A stretch of DNA of 64,000 bases from Bispira polyomma. Taxonomy: Eukaryota. The DNA lies in contig OZ287757.1 in assembly GCA_965649765.1 (NCBI GenBank), forward strand, positions 31,558,001 to 31,622,000. The letters run 5' to 3'. Made by a program: the position numbers and the translations under genes. The notes beneath the pieces are model-generated. The model was not told the DNA's origin, did no database searches, and saw only the letters and a program-made list of their open reading frames with translations. Shown here one piece after another: positions 26,232 through 39,970 of this stretch (position 1 is the stretch's first letter; each line of letters starts with the position of its first letter).

Positions 26232-27398
26232 ATGGTTAAGACAAATAAAAGCACAGAAGTTTTCTGTGCTAAGTGTCAGTGCAAACATGGACGTCCAATG
26301 GGGGCAAGATGTTTGACTTTTATAGCATCTCTTGAAGAAGCAGATTCGGTTGGTGCAACTCCAGACAAAGGTATTGAAGCTTATCAAGAGATTTGTTCGA
26401 AACAACAGTCCATGATGGACACGCTACTTCACTCAGTCACGAAGCTGCAGAAAGATGTGGAAGACTTGAAGTCGCAAGGTAACAGTTCTCAAGTTAGTTT
26501 CATAGAAAATACAGTTGAGTCGTCTGATCAGACACCAGGAGCAGTTTCGCGTCCCATTTCCGTCGTGAAGAAGAGGTCGAATGTAGTTGAAAATACATTC
26601 AGGAACAGCACCACTTCGGTAGCTACACCTTCAGTATCAGCAGGAGGACAGTTCGTTTCTCCACTACCACCCGTGTCACAGTTTCACTCGTCTAGCATTT
26701 CACAGAATGATATTCTGCCTACAACAGACGTGTTAAGGCATTCCGCCTTAATTCAGAATGAGGTCTCAGCTCGTCTACAGCAGTACGAATCAGCAGCAGC
26801 TCAACAACTTTTACAGGGTAAGTCCCTTTTAAAAAAAAAATCCGGACGTTATAATGTAGCCGATACATGTACTTCCGACCCTTTATTCAGATGGCCGAAT
26901 GAAGGTTGCTTATCCAGCATTAACAAATAGAGGGTTTCCTTTGACGATCTGACAGTAACGCAGTTCGCTGCTGGTCAAATCCAGAACATTTTAGGGGACA
27001 CATTGAGGGATGCTTCTAACATTTCATGGGCTGTAGCCAGAGGCGCGTACGCGACGAATATGACAGATATTGAAGAAGGTCGACTTACTTGGTTGGACGA
27101 AACCAAGTGGACAATGAACCGCTTGTCGTACTCTCAAGCTCTTCTCTCATCTAACGTCACGAATGGTACTTTGCACAGCACTTCTAGCACAGGAACCAAG
27201 TCTCGGGTTCCCTGTCGTTACTACCAGCGGAACCAATGTCACCAGGATGCAGATCACGAGAACGCGACTACAGTTTTTAAGCACATCTGTGCTAATTGCT
27301 TTCGTACAAGCAGAAGAGAGAATGTCCATCCGGAAATGAAATGTTTCAAATTGCACGGAAAACCGAATTTTACCACCACACAGGGACAGGGACAATAG
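26232..27398 (+). pseudogene. E2 gag-like ORF (one internal stop at 26928-26930)
   Basis: CAKCQCKHGRPMGARC finger, coiled coil, WP..FDDL, C-terminal CRYYQ..C..H..HICANC..HP..C. Single frame. Confidence 0.85.
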
Positions 27399-30300
27399 GA
27401 CAGGAGACGACTGACAGTTACAGGCAGTGTTGGTATTATTAGCAATTTTGAAAGGCATAATGAGATTAGTGATGTTTCCAGGAGTAGTGACTTAAGTTTA
27501 GAAAGTAAATGTGTTCTCAGAAAGACGAATAATGAAATTTCTAGTTTAGATAAATTAAAGAAATTATATCTTGAGACTTCTGAATTTTCCAGGAGGAGTG
27601 ACTATATGTTGGATTGTAAATGTGAGTTTGGTAAGATAAACAATGAAATTTTTACTTTAGATAAGTTAATCACATTATCTACTGATGTGATAGACGAACA
27701 TTTTTCATCTGGTAATACAGATATAAGTACCAGTGAAATAATTCCAGATAACAATCAGAATAGTACTAAGTGTAATGTTTCAACCACTGGAATGTTTAAT
27801 TCTGTGCCACAACGTGCTCATTCTAACGTTTTTTCAGATTCCAAAATTGAGGACCTTATGACTTATATTTTCTAACGAAATCATAATGTCCATGAATTTT
27901 CAGAAAGTACTTTAAACAAGTTCATTACAGATAATAAGTTTCAGAGAAACCATAATGTTCTTAAATTTGCAGAATTTTCTCGGAATGAGCCCATTGTGAG
28001 TAATTTGGAAGATGTACTATATACTCACAATAATGTTAGCACCAATTTAGATATGACATATGCAGATGTGTACTTAAGTGAGAACACTAGTACTCATCAA
28101 AATATTTATTATGTCATTGACAAACTTAACCCAAATATAAAAGGTGTGTTTCAAGGTCAAATTTCAGGTGGCAACCTTGTATTAAAGGATGCCTGTATCA
28201 CATTGGCAGACATATGGCCAGTGAATTTTGTTACTTCGGCAATGATATACATTGTCAATGTTAACAAAAACATTGAGAAATTTCGTCTTAACAGTAGTGC
28301 TAACAAAAAAGTGAAGAAATCACATACTAAACTGAAAGTACACAGTACTCAATACTATACAGATATGATTGATAAGATGTGTAACATAATAGATAATGAT
28401 ACTTCACATACAGAAATTGCTACTACAGGTCGTTGTACTTTGTACACAAAAAAATTAGAAACAACAGAACAGTTTCAACGTCCTGATACAGATGCACACA
28501 AACAGACAATACAATGTCAAAAATACTCATTAAGTCAGAAACTATGTTCCTTTCAAGGTCAAGTGTCAGAATCCACAACATGTCATTATACTTCTTCTAC
28601 ATTGGCTGTACTTGCACAAGAATTGGATAGGGCTGAACTGACTCTAGACTGTACTAGTGATAAGGAAGACTACATTAAGTCTATGGATGACAGTAGTAGA
28701 CAGTATGGTTTTATACCTACATATAAGTCAAATTTTTCTTTTATAGGACTAGACAGAGAACCTGTGGACATTAAGGATTTCCAGACTTTAACTCGAGTAA
28801 GTGACATAGTTAAGGCTACAGGAAAACTACAGAGAAGCTCGTGTCCCTCTAGCTTCAGGACTTAACTTAAAACCTTGGAAAATTTACTTAAAGGACTATG
28901 ACGATAAGATTGTTTTGGATTATCTAGAATTTGGTTTTCCTATTTATTTACATGAGAGACAGTTATTAGATGTTAAGCATGTCGACAATCATTTTTTTGC
29001 TAATGCCTGAGTATGTTTGACAGGTATTTTGTAGAAGAAACAGACAGGGGCAATATTATTACTGTATCTAAAAGTGACTTAACAGAAGAATTCCATTGTT
29101 CTCCTTTATTGACAGTTCCTAAAGGGGAGGACCAAAGACGTTTAATCTTAATCTTTCTTACCCAGCAGGACTATCTGTCAATGACTTTACTTATAAGCAG
29201 AAATATGACAACTTTGGTTTTATTTTAAAATTACCAACTATAGACCAAATAGTTGAAGACATTAAGAGTATAGGTAAAGATGCCAGACTAGCAAAGGTGG
29301 ACGTTTCGCACGCTTTCCGAAATTTGAGAGTCAATCCTTATGATAGCTTGAAATTAGGTTACAAATGGGGACATAAACACTACGTAGATTTAACTTGGGC
29401 GTTCGGTCTCACCCATGGCACGTCTGTGTTTATGCGCATTTCGGATACAGTTACCTATATCTTAAAACAAAACGGATATAAAGTATACAACTACATCGAC
29501 AACTTTATTATCGTTGAAACTAAAGTTAAGGCCACCTTAGCATACAAATTATTACAAAAAGTGCTAAATGATATCGGTTTGCCTATTAATCAGAAAAAAC
29601 TAGTTCCCCCTGATACCAGAGTAACATGCATGGGTATCACTATTGATATAGAAAAGGGCACTTTAAGTATAGACGAAGAGAAATTACTGTCCATCCATAA
29701 AGTTTGCTTAGAATTCAGAAAAAGCTAAGAAAAACAAGTACCAGTCGTTGCTTGGTAAACTTTTATATATTCATAAATGCATTAAACCATCTAGAATTTT
29801 TCTAAACAGGATGCTTTAACTTTTAAGAGATTCAACCAGTTCCAAACACGTAATTTTGAATGATGAGTTTAAGAAGGACTTAAACTGGTTCAATAAATTT
29901 TTGATTAGTTTCAACGGAAGTATGACTTATGAATACAAACACTCTTTTAACAATATTTCCTTACAAGTCGATGCTTGCTTACAAGGAATAGGGGGAATTT
30001 CACAGGCAAACGCTTTCACAGCACCAATACCAGATTGGATGAGAGAAGACTATTCGATTGTGCATTTCGAAATGCTAAGCGTACTTGTAGCTTTTCGGTT
30101 ATGGGCTGATAAATGTCGTGATTCACGGATTCGCATACAGTCAGACAACATTGCTGTAGTATCTGTTATAAAGTCGTCAAAAACTAAAGATTCAATGTTG
30201 GCAACTTGTTTGAGAAATTTATGGTTAATTTGTGCAAATTATAATATTGATATTAAGATTGATAATATTGCTGGTAAAAACAATATTTTTGCAGATACCT

Positions 30301-30417
30301 TGTCTAGATGGCATAATTTGGGACAGTTTACAAGTGAGATTAAAGATTTAATGACTACCAGACTAGATATGTGTAAAGTTCCTTTAGCACACTTTATCTT
30401 AAAAAAATGACTTCTAA
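27399..30417 (+). pseudogene. E2 pol (long N-terminal extension, RT, RNase H), frameshifted
   Basis: QYGFIP, HCSPLLTVPK, DVSHAFR, YIDN, KKLVPP, VDAC..GIGG, DNIAVV, FADTLSRW. Confidence 0.9.
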
Positions 30418-30423
30418 TTTTAG

Positions 30424-31403
30424 GGACATCACAAGCTGCCAAGCTTTTACTGAAAGGGGCAATGAAAAGGATGGCAAACAACCTGAGACCCAGAACGACA
30501 CGACAATATGACAGTCAAATGAGACTTTTTCTTGCTTTCATAATTTATTATAACCTTGAAGACACTTTTGCTTTAGGTTCAGTCTTAGCCTTCATGGAAT
30601 ACTTACATCAGTCAGGTTCTTCTTACAAAGTGGTTAACAATTACTTGGCTGCCATCAGATATTATGAAAAGAGTTTCAATATTCAAAGTTCTCAACTTAA
30701 TGATCAAAGAATTCCATTGTATCAGAGGTCACTGATGATCAATTGTACTTTTCAACCTAAACCAAAAGGCATTTTTGACATCTCACAATTGCATAGCATT
30801 TCGCTTCAATGTCAGTTGTTAGATTTCCCTGAATTATACAGGACAGCCTTTTTATTTGTTTTCTTTGGTTTTTTGAGGATTTCGAATCTGACTCCAGCAA
30901 ACTTGTCTGATTTTGACCCTACTAGGCATTTGACAAGGTCAGACATCATATTTTCACCACCTGACATCTATATGATTCTCAAATGGTCTAAAACAAATCA
31001 AACTAGGCAGCACCAGAATATAATTCAATTACCAGTTTTAAAAAATCCTTGGCTTTGCCCTGTCAGGGCTGCAAAGACTCTCTTTGCCAAATATCCAAAT
31101 TCACCTCATACTCCATTATTGGCTGATCCCAGAATTGGGGGCAAATGTCTTACTGAAACAAAATTGAGTGTTACCCTTAAGAATATATTATCACAGATTA
31201 GCATTCCTCATTCTGGACATTCTTTTCATTGCTTTCGTAGATCTGGTGCTTCCTTTACTTTCAATAATAACATTAAACTTCAAAATATTCAAAAACATGG
31301 TTGTTGGAAATCAGATGCTATTTGGACTTATTTAGAATCCACTTCCCATGCAGCTTCAATTATTCCTGAAACTTTCGCTGCTATCATTCCTCCTTCCTTC
31401 TAA
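30424..31403 (+). CDS. E2 tyrosine recombinase (open frame; start taken at the predicted splice acceptor)
   Basis: Catalytic set R (FLRISN), K (KWSKT), HCFRR, HGCW and Y all present. Confidence 0.88.
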
Positions 31404-32194
31404 TTTTTTGGGGTTATTTGGCCTTTTAAAGTTTTAAAAATCACATATTTTAAAACTTTTGTATAGTTGTACAAAAATTATCTGTAAATAAAAATTCTCC
31501 AAACTAGCATCAGATCTTCCAACATCCAACATATCACTACCACTTCATCTTTATTTCCAAATAAAGATCAAAATCTCTAGACACAAGTATACTATTTTGA
31601 CCATTATTTACTACCAGCTATCTTGTGAGACTGCTAGAGAAAATGTTACAATAGAACCTGTTTTCGTCTCTCTAAACAGGTCTTATTACAAAAGGGTTTT
31701 CCTTATTGTAGTTGCTTCTTTTTCTTTGATAATTTATTATGTGTTAAGGGCAACTTCTATTTTCCCATCGATAAAATATACTTGTTTGTTGTGGGTTTTT
31801 CCTTATTGTCCTATGCCCAACTGTCTTTCTATAACAGTTACTCATATTATGTTTCTGTGATTCAAGCCATTTTGGACAATCACAAAAACTACAGTTCTTT
31901 GATCTAAGGCAGTTATTGATATATTTTCCAAGTTGGAGCTATATTTAGACCCATCAAGGCATTTTTAGATCAAACAACAGTTTTTATATTCCCTATTGAT
32001 AATATTTATGGGGCGTGTTTAGTAATGATTCTATTTCCTACTGTTTGCTGTATTATTTTATATAAAAACTTCAATGTCATTGTATGGGAAGATATTTTTC
32101 TCTATTCGACCTCATAGTGTTATCCCATTTTCACTGTAATTGTGGTTAATAAGTTATGTGGATCTTATTTTACAAATAATCATTATTGTTATGT

Positions 32195-32410
32195 CTGCAG
32201 GTGGGGCCTTTGAAGTTTGTCAGAAAAATGCTTGCCAGATCTTAAGAAAAGGATGGCATCAACTAAGCTCAAATTGAACCCAGATGAGATGGAGTTTATC
32301 TTAGTTGGATCCGGTAATTGGGTTGAACTGTTGGAAAACTTTTGACTTGTTTTACAGTCCATAATCTGGGTTAATTTACTAACACCCTGCTTCGGGACTG
32401 CTCTAACCTT
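32195..32410 (+). mobile_element. Old L2 RT remnant in the Q unit
   Basis: Degenerate MASxKLKLNPDxxEFIL. Complementary pieces (LLDLxxAFDTTDH) at ~42390-42590 and ~51570-51810. Confidence 0.65.
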
Positions 32411-34234
32411 ACATCCTCGATTAAAACATATTTGCTGCATTCCTCCAAAGCTATTGGCTAGTTACCAGTTGATCCTCTGTTGATGACTTTTTTCCATTTT
32501 AATTATAATTTTTTGGATACTGACTAACATTTAACCTAGAATTTGATATAAAGAATTATAAGCCTTGAAATTTGTTTAGTAATAATATTACAACATCAGT
32601 TTTTCTCTAATTTTAAATTATTGAAGGAATAATATTTTTGTCGGTTATTGCAAAACATAATATATATTTTACATATAAAATACACAAAGATATGTTACCA
32701 CACAGAAAAATATTGCTTAAGATTAAAAAATGGTATTTAATAATCCAAAAACCAATAGCTAGATCAATAAATATGAGCTATGATCAATTTGATACCATTC
32801 TCATCAACACTTATGGAACAAAATGCTAAAAGATGAGGGTAAAAAACATAATTTTTTAATTCACCATTTTTTGTACATATTAATAGTGAAAATATCTACA
32901 TAAAATCTTTAACTATTCATCCTTCAACCAAAGGTATCTATCAAATGTGGGGGCAGTATATGGACTAGTATATGGATGGCAGCACCGAGAAAAGACAGTA
33001 TTTTTGTCCAAGGCTATTGGAGATAGTAGCAAAAAAAGTAATTAAGTTTACAAAGTAAATGGTGGCCCAGATTCCTAGTGCTTTATGGGGCTTTACCGGA
33101 TATTTTTATCACTAATAACAAATATAGTATTTTTACTCAGTTTGGCAATTATAAGTGCAATTTGCTTGCTGGTTCCCATTCAACACAGGATGAGATTTGA
33201 ATCACATGTGAAATGGTCCACAAAAGGGTTTTGACAAAGAAAGTGCAACACAAACCATGCTGTCACATTCTTAAATGTGTCATAAAGAAGAAATGGTAGT
33301 CTTAACAGGTTAAATGACATGTTTTTTTTAAATGACTGTCTTTTGGAGCTATGTCAGTGATATGCTTCTGAAACTAGAGATTTTTATACAAATCAAACTC
33401 ACATTTGACTTTTATCTACATATTGTTTTTCTGTCTGTGGTTTATGGCTGTGATCTGATACATTCATGGACGAGTCTGTTAATACACAACAGATAAAAAC
33501 AAATGATAAAAAGCCATTGGGTTTTAAATGACATATTTAGCTTATTCAGTGGTTATATTATAAACAACTGGCGCATGTATCTTAGTTGTACCCTTTACTA
33601 AAATAATATGGTTAATTAAAGCATTATTGTTATATTTTTTTTAAAACAGTCTCTTAAAAATGGCCCTTTTAGTCAGATTACAAAGAGCAACAAGCTAACC
33701 AATACCAAGTTAAAGAAATGAAGACTACTACAGATATGCATAATTCAGTGAGTTCAACTGTCAAATCTATGTTTATTACTGTTATCCTATATTCAGAGCC
33801 CCCAATAATAGATCTGTCCACTTGGTTGTATTGATATGTCATAGTGTTTCAGATGAAGTAATGTACTTGATATGACTTATTTTTTTTAATCAACACTACA
33901 TGATTATTTTGTGAATCCAAACCAATAAATGCAAATCAGGTCCTGTGCCCAACATATTGATTATGGATATGACATACGTGGTCTGATTCACACATATTTT
34001 AGGCATTGTATTGTTATATTCAATATATATATTTTTCAATGTTCACATATTAACTTGAATGCCCAGTCAATTTGCACCAGTATATGCTATTCCCCTATCT
34101 TAAGAGAGAGGTTTTAGGGTGACCAATTATCAATGTCTGTGAGGTTCTTGATACTTCCATTCGGGATATGGTCTATTGCTGTTTTACTTCAAACCACCAA
34201 CCTACAACTATTACCTTTTAAACTTATTCATACA

Positions 34235-34362
34235 AAGGTAGCAGTGGGAATTGAACCCACTGTCATAAGAGGTGAAGGAAGCTAGTGATACTATGTCATA
34301 AGAGGTGAAAAAGCTAGTGATACTAAAGTGGATACTATAACCACAAGGCCATTGTGACCAGC
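34235..34362 (-). mobile_element. tRNA-derived SINE head with an internal 33-bp tandem duplication
   Basis: Reverse strand A box tggccttgtgg and B box gggttcaattccc. tgtcataagaggtgaa..agctagtgatacta occurs twice at 34261-34325. Confidence 0.6.
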
Positions 34363-35706
34363 CATACAATGATGAAAAATGAGTGTTGGCAGAAAACATA
34401 CTTTCTTCAACAAACAAAAACAATTAAAACATCAGTTACGATAGCTATTATGGCCCTTATATGCAGGCAATGCAAACTATTATTCCTTTATGTCATTTAT
34501 TCTCAGAAAAATTAGTCTAATCTCGAAAAGAGTAAGTAGTGGTGTAAAATGAGCAACACTTACAAACTAAAGCAGTAAGTCAATTGAAGCTGATTTGCAG
34601 TCAGCCTCTACAATAATAGAATGGGTGCCACATCTTGCAAAAAACAACAACATAGTTTTGTGAATGGGACAACCTTGTGTTTCTTTGTGTTTTACTGGCA
34701 ATCCCCTTTTACCAGTAGGACCATGATGGTCCATATATGCATATATGATTGACTTTTGCACATATAGGCCACTATTTTTCATAAAACAGAAAACAAAGCC
34801 TTAGCACAAACAAAATATTCTGAAATGTTGTACCCTTTTTTTTTAAATTGCCAACAGTACTGTCAATTAGCCTCGGAAATCAGTTAGAACTGTCAGTAAC
34901 TTAAACACTGCTCTAGTAATTTATTTCAGAAGACAGCTGTGTGATCCATTCATTCCAATAAGTGTTTCAAACTACTGACAGTTAGCACAGTGTCAATGTT
35001 TTTATTTAAGGTGTATTGTCGTAAGTAAGTCATTCTTGAACAATAGTAAATGCATTAGCTTATATTGTAAAAGCATTTTTAATAATAATAGTATTGAACC
35101 ATTTGCATAACACCCTTTTCTCTCTAAAGAGTCTCCAAGCTGCACATTCGGAAGAATAAACAGCCAGTAGTCATTGTCCAGAGTCGTCCAACTAGGCTAG
35201 ATGCACGAAACAGAAGTCCCAAGTTAACCTCTAAAAATGACTGTCCTGATTCGAGTAAGAAGTCTATTTTATTCTGAAGTGGCCGCCTTCTATATATCTT
35301 ATTTTACTAAATTCATTGACATACTATATACTTGCCAGGTTGATGTCTACCAATTAATAGTAAGTAATCGACCTGCTAGCTTATTTGCACCTGCATTTAA
35401 CAGAACAGACATAATTTCAGTGTGAATATCTTTTTGCAGCACAAGATTTTAAGATGTTGTAAAAAGCATTTATTAAGGAAAAATACCAGAGATGTTAGCA
35501 ATTCAGCAAGTGAGATAATGTCATATTAGTAAGATTTCCTCATGAAAAGCAATGCATGCCATATAAAATAGTGATAAAATACCACACAGTTTTCAAAAGG
35601 TTTGGGTTTTCCCTTAATGGAAATTATTGAAAAAATTACAGGCTTTGCGTTGTTAGGCAGATAACATTATTATCTCAACTGACCTTTAAGATCTCAATAA
35701 TAAGGC

Positions 35707-35955
35707 AAGCGATTATACGGCACCCTTCACCATGTGAAGCGTGAAAGGGAGTTGCGCCCCTTGTCGCCGGATGCTACGGGGTGGGTTAATACTCAATCTG
35801 GGTTGCTTGCTGATGAACCAGCTGTTAACCCCCCTACCCTTACCACCTTGCTATGCCCATGGACTTTACGATTGGATCACTGATTCTGCTGTTGCGCTTT
35901 AGAAGATGCCTGGCATCAATAAAGCGCGTTAAAAATGCATTATTATTATTATTAT
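35707..35955 (+). mobile_element. 5'-truncated retroposon (SINE or LINE 3' end) with (ATT)n tail
   Basis: GC-rich insert absent from the sister site at ~45250. L2-type end gcgctttag...aaagcgcgttaaaaatgc(att)5. Confidence 0.7.
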
Positions 35956-38900
35956 ATTCCATGACGTAAGCAAACCCGGCAGACAAAAGTATTAGGTTTG
36001 TGTATTAAGTAATAGGTGTTGCCCATCAAGTTGTCTGGATGTTGTCAGACTTCATGTGTGTATTTTATCATAGCCCACATCACAGCAACTAAAAACAAAT
36101 ACACTTTGGCTGTTGGATAATATATTATTAACTATTTCATATGGGCTGAGTAATTCACTTTTTAAAATAACAAAAATACTAAATAAAATGCGTAAAAGGT
36201 GATATTTCATATGTTCTTTTTTTCTTCTACAATTATTGAGTGGGTGTTGGAAGCATGTTTGATTTCCTATTATTAAGAATAATACTCTTGATCGTAGTTT
36301 TTTTTAGCTCTGACAACTTTTCAGCTGACTCTAATTCTTTAACAGTGACACACATTATGTTTCTGTGATTCAAGTTATTTTTGGACAATTACATGAACTA
36401 CAGTCCCTTTATCTAAGGAAGTTTTGACATTATTTCCAAAATGGAGCTTTATTTAGATCCGCCTGACCTATTACAAAAGTGAATTACCACCATCAGTATC
36501 TAGGCAGTATTTAGTTGCAAGCCTGACCAAAATATAACACAGTTAATGCCATTTGTTGGCGCATAATTGTTTTCTATATTAATACAACACCTCTCAGTAC
36601 CATCAAGCCATGTCACAAGAAGATTAGTGATAATTTGGATGTGAAATACATACAGAATAATACATTGAGACCAGTAACAACAACCAGATTTTGTAGGATT
36701 TATTTGTCAGTGCTTCCTAATTAATTTACTTATAATTTTCTGCAGATACATCTAAACTCAACGTAAATGAAGGCTACGTGAAAGTATCTTTATTGGGAAT
36801 AAAATTGTAACCATTTATTGTGGAAGAGCTTTCAATACTAAATTCAAATGCAGTCAGATTTCATAAGCCTTTACTCCAGTCAGAGATATGTGGACATTAG
36901 ATTGAGATTGTGTCTGAATTGAGCTTGGGACTGTTTGGGAGATATGGCCGATGGGGTTAAATTATTGCTGTATCTCCACCATAAGATGGTGAAGGTCAAA
37001 TGTCTAGCTTTTCTCTATTAATAAAGACATCGTAATCTTGAATAATGTTTAATAATGTTCCCTTGAGTTTCAATGACATGGCAGTTATATAGTAATATAT
37101 ATATATACGTAAACCATACAACAAAACTGTGGTGTTTTTTTTTTTTTTGCTTTTATATCTAATAATGCCATTTCTGTCCAGTGACTTTTAAATAAAATTG
37201 GAAGTCGTATGTCTATTTCAACCATACAGGATTGTTGTATGTGCTATAAATTTTGTTCCAATCAAATGAAAATGTAATGAAGATGTACTGGTATAATCCC
37301 TTAAATGTAAAACAGCTGACTGCACATATCTAAGGCCTTTTTGATGTGTCTAATGATACTTTTTAATTTACAGCCAATAACTGATGTCAGTTTGGTGAAG
37401 GAAGTAAATCAATATTGAGGAAATACAGAACTATGTCTAAATAGTCCCATGCTTATTATAAACCTACATGTTTATAGCTATCAAGGAAGCAATATTTAAC
37501 ATTATAATTGTTACAGTTTGATCTGTAATATATTAACATAATGTCAACGCACACAAACACATATAACACACATCAGTTGATAAAAACAACTTATTTCTGC
37601 CTTTGTCCGATCAGCTCCCAGCTTCTATGGTACCCCACATTAAAAAATAAAACTAGACATATGACAGAAATACGTCATTCAAAATCTCTAGAAATTTCAG
37701 CGCCCAGGACTCTCATTTATTAAAGTTCTTAAACATAAACTGCCACTTAATCTGAAATTTTGCATTGCTTTATCATTATTTGTATATTTAAATCACACTG
37801 CATATTTGAGATCATTGTTGAAAGCTGAATTAAATGAAATTGTTAACACGTCTGAGTTGTTTTCATTGCTAAATGAATCTGTTATAAGTGTCTGTGATTT
37901 GAGCTTAAACCCAGATGGCATTATAAAGCCAAGACTGAAACAAATGTAGGGCAAATTTACCAACACATAATTTCGCCACTTTTCAATAACATAATTTTTC
38001 TGAAATTTTGTTTTTGTTTTAATGTGAGTATCTCGTCCTATTTTATTCTGCCTTTGTTTGACGTGAGAGGTGACAAAAGTGCATTTTTTATTAGTTATTC
38101 TTAATCACCTTAGGGAGAAGATACATAGTTGATAACATTAAGAACAATCTCCAGACGTCATTATTTTTGTTTTTGTTTCAATGTAAGATTTTCTTTAAAC
38201 AAACAATAGTTTTTGCTGATAGCTGGCCCTGTTTCCATAACTGTGTTTTACAACTGCAATTTGTATGGATCTTTATTACTGTTATCCCATATTCAGAGCC
38301 TCCCTAATAATGGTATCACGTCCTGTATGTCATCATTATATTTGAAGAACTACTTGTTTTACTTAAAACATATATATATGGCGTCATATTGTTGTATTCA
38401 AATACATGCATTTACCTGTTATTCAAAGTGTTAAATAACGTTTTGGTGACTGCCTATCTACACACCATCACTTGTAACTGTCATTCCTCTAACTAAGGAG
38501 AGGGGCTTGGGAATGACCATTTATCAATTTACTTCAAAGTTCATTAGTCTACTACTGGGAGATACGACACAATGGCAAAGGACCAAACTGGAATCGAATC
38601 CAGCTCCTCCAGGTTATTAAGAGAGTATATTACTGACTGGGTGACAGTGTGTAACTGATTTTTACATATGATGTTCTTGTATGTTCATTAAAAGTGCTAA
38701 CTAACGTTTTTATGACTGCTTATCTACAATACCTACAAAAAAGTACTAATAACTGGCATTCGCCTTACTGAAGAGAGAGGCCTGGGGAATAGTCATTTAT
38801 CAATGCCTCCAAAGTTCTTTAGCCTGCCACTGGGATCAAGCCCAGATCCTTCAGGTTTTGAACTGAGTATATTACTTACTGGGCAACAGTGGGTAACTGA

Positions 38901-39709
38901 ATTATATACATGTACATGATATTCTTGTATTTTCATAATTAAGAGATTCAGTTTAATGTTGTTCTCTCTACCTTTGTATTATTATTATTTTTTGTAATGG
39001 TGAAAAAGATTATATCACTGTATTGTATCACAACAGGCAATTGACGGGTGGAGAAAACTAATCTGTAAGATTAGTTTCCGAAGATGTCTACATTACCCAT
39101 CGCTTAATTAAAACAACCTTGTCTTGTATCTGTGCACAATATTTTGTTATCCCTATAATAGTGACAAACTAGTGACAAACTCGATATCAAACAATTACCT
39201 CGCTAACTTGAGAGTCTAGTGATATTAAAGAAGATGCTTATAACCATTAGGTAACAGGCCTAAACACATACACAAAGATAAGAAATACATTAGTTTCTTA
39301 CATAAACTAACATTTTTTCAAATGTCAAAATTAAAATGAAAATTTATCAGTCACTGGTAGCTAATATAGTCCATGCAATGCAAACTGTCATTCCCTCCTC
39401 CCTTAAATGGAAATTACTGTAAAATAGAGAGGAGTCGTTTAACACACTTACAAATGAAATTAGTAACGTAATTGTGGCTGATTTGTAGTCAGCATCTGCA
39501 ATAATAGAATGGGTACCACATCTTGCCAGAAAAAAAACAATAGTAATGTGAATAGAACAATACTGTGTGTATCTGTGTTCAGCCCGCAAACCATTCACTA
39601 CTGGAAACTAAAGTCATGACCCTAGCTTTAACCAGGAAAGTTGTTTGTATATCTCTATGGCATATACATATTTGATTACTTTAAGAGACATTTGTTTGAC
39701 ATTTTTCAT

Positions 39710-39970
39710 CTTTTGTTGTGGCCCTGGAGAATGAACCCTCGGGCAAAGTCTTCACACAAGGTTGTCCCTCTCCACCCAAGTGCACAAATGGGTACCTTGA
39801 CCCTTATATGGGTGTTAATCTGAGAACCACATGTGACAGCATGGCTAGAATGCACTTTTAGGAAGATGAGAGTGAACAATTGGTTGACAAGTAGAAGAAC
39901 CTAGGCTGGGGGTGTAAACATTGTACAACGCTTCGAAGGAAAGCCCTATATCAATGCAAATTTCTTTAAA
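39710..39970 (+). mobile_element. SINE body with CORE/Deu-like segment and L2-type tail
   Basis: ccctcgggcaaagtc..ctctccacccaagtgcacaaatgggtacc, ending ttgtacaacgcttcga..aaagccctatatcaatgc. Absent in other Q copies. Confidence 0.6.

Larger units (their letters stand above)
25820..31632 (+). mobile_element. YR retrotransposon E2 (Ngaro-like), full length, no terminal repeat
   Basis: gag-pol-YR. Flanks gacaagaat|...|gctagagaaaatg rejoin to the empty site gacaagaatactagagaaaatg at ~50773. Confidence 0.93.
23890..39245. repeat. Macro-repeat block Q, copy 1 (interrupted by E2)
   Basis: Collinear with 39245-48795 and 48795-61413, e.g. gtcatacctttcatcactgaactgtg near 25689, 41438 and 50621. Confidence 0.85.

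Noticed and set aside
30462-31403. Phage integrase or Crypton DNA transposon
   Set aside because: The YR lies directly downstream of gag and RT/RNase H within the same insertion.
35735-35825. Hammerhead ribozyme (GAAA...CTGATGA in the GC-rich insert)
   Set aside because: Stems I and II do not pair next to the core; better explained as a retroposon 3' end.
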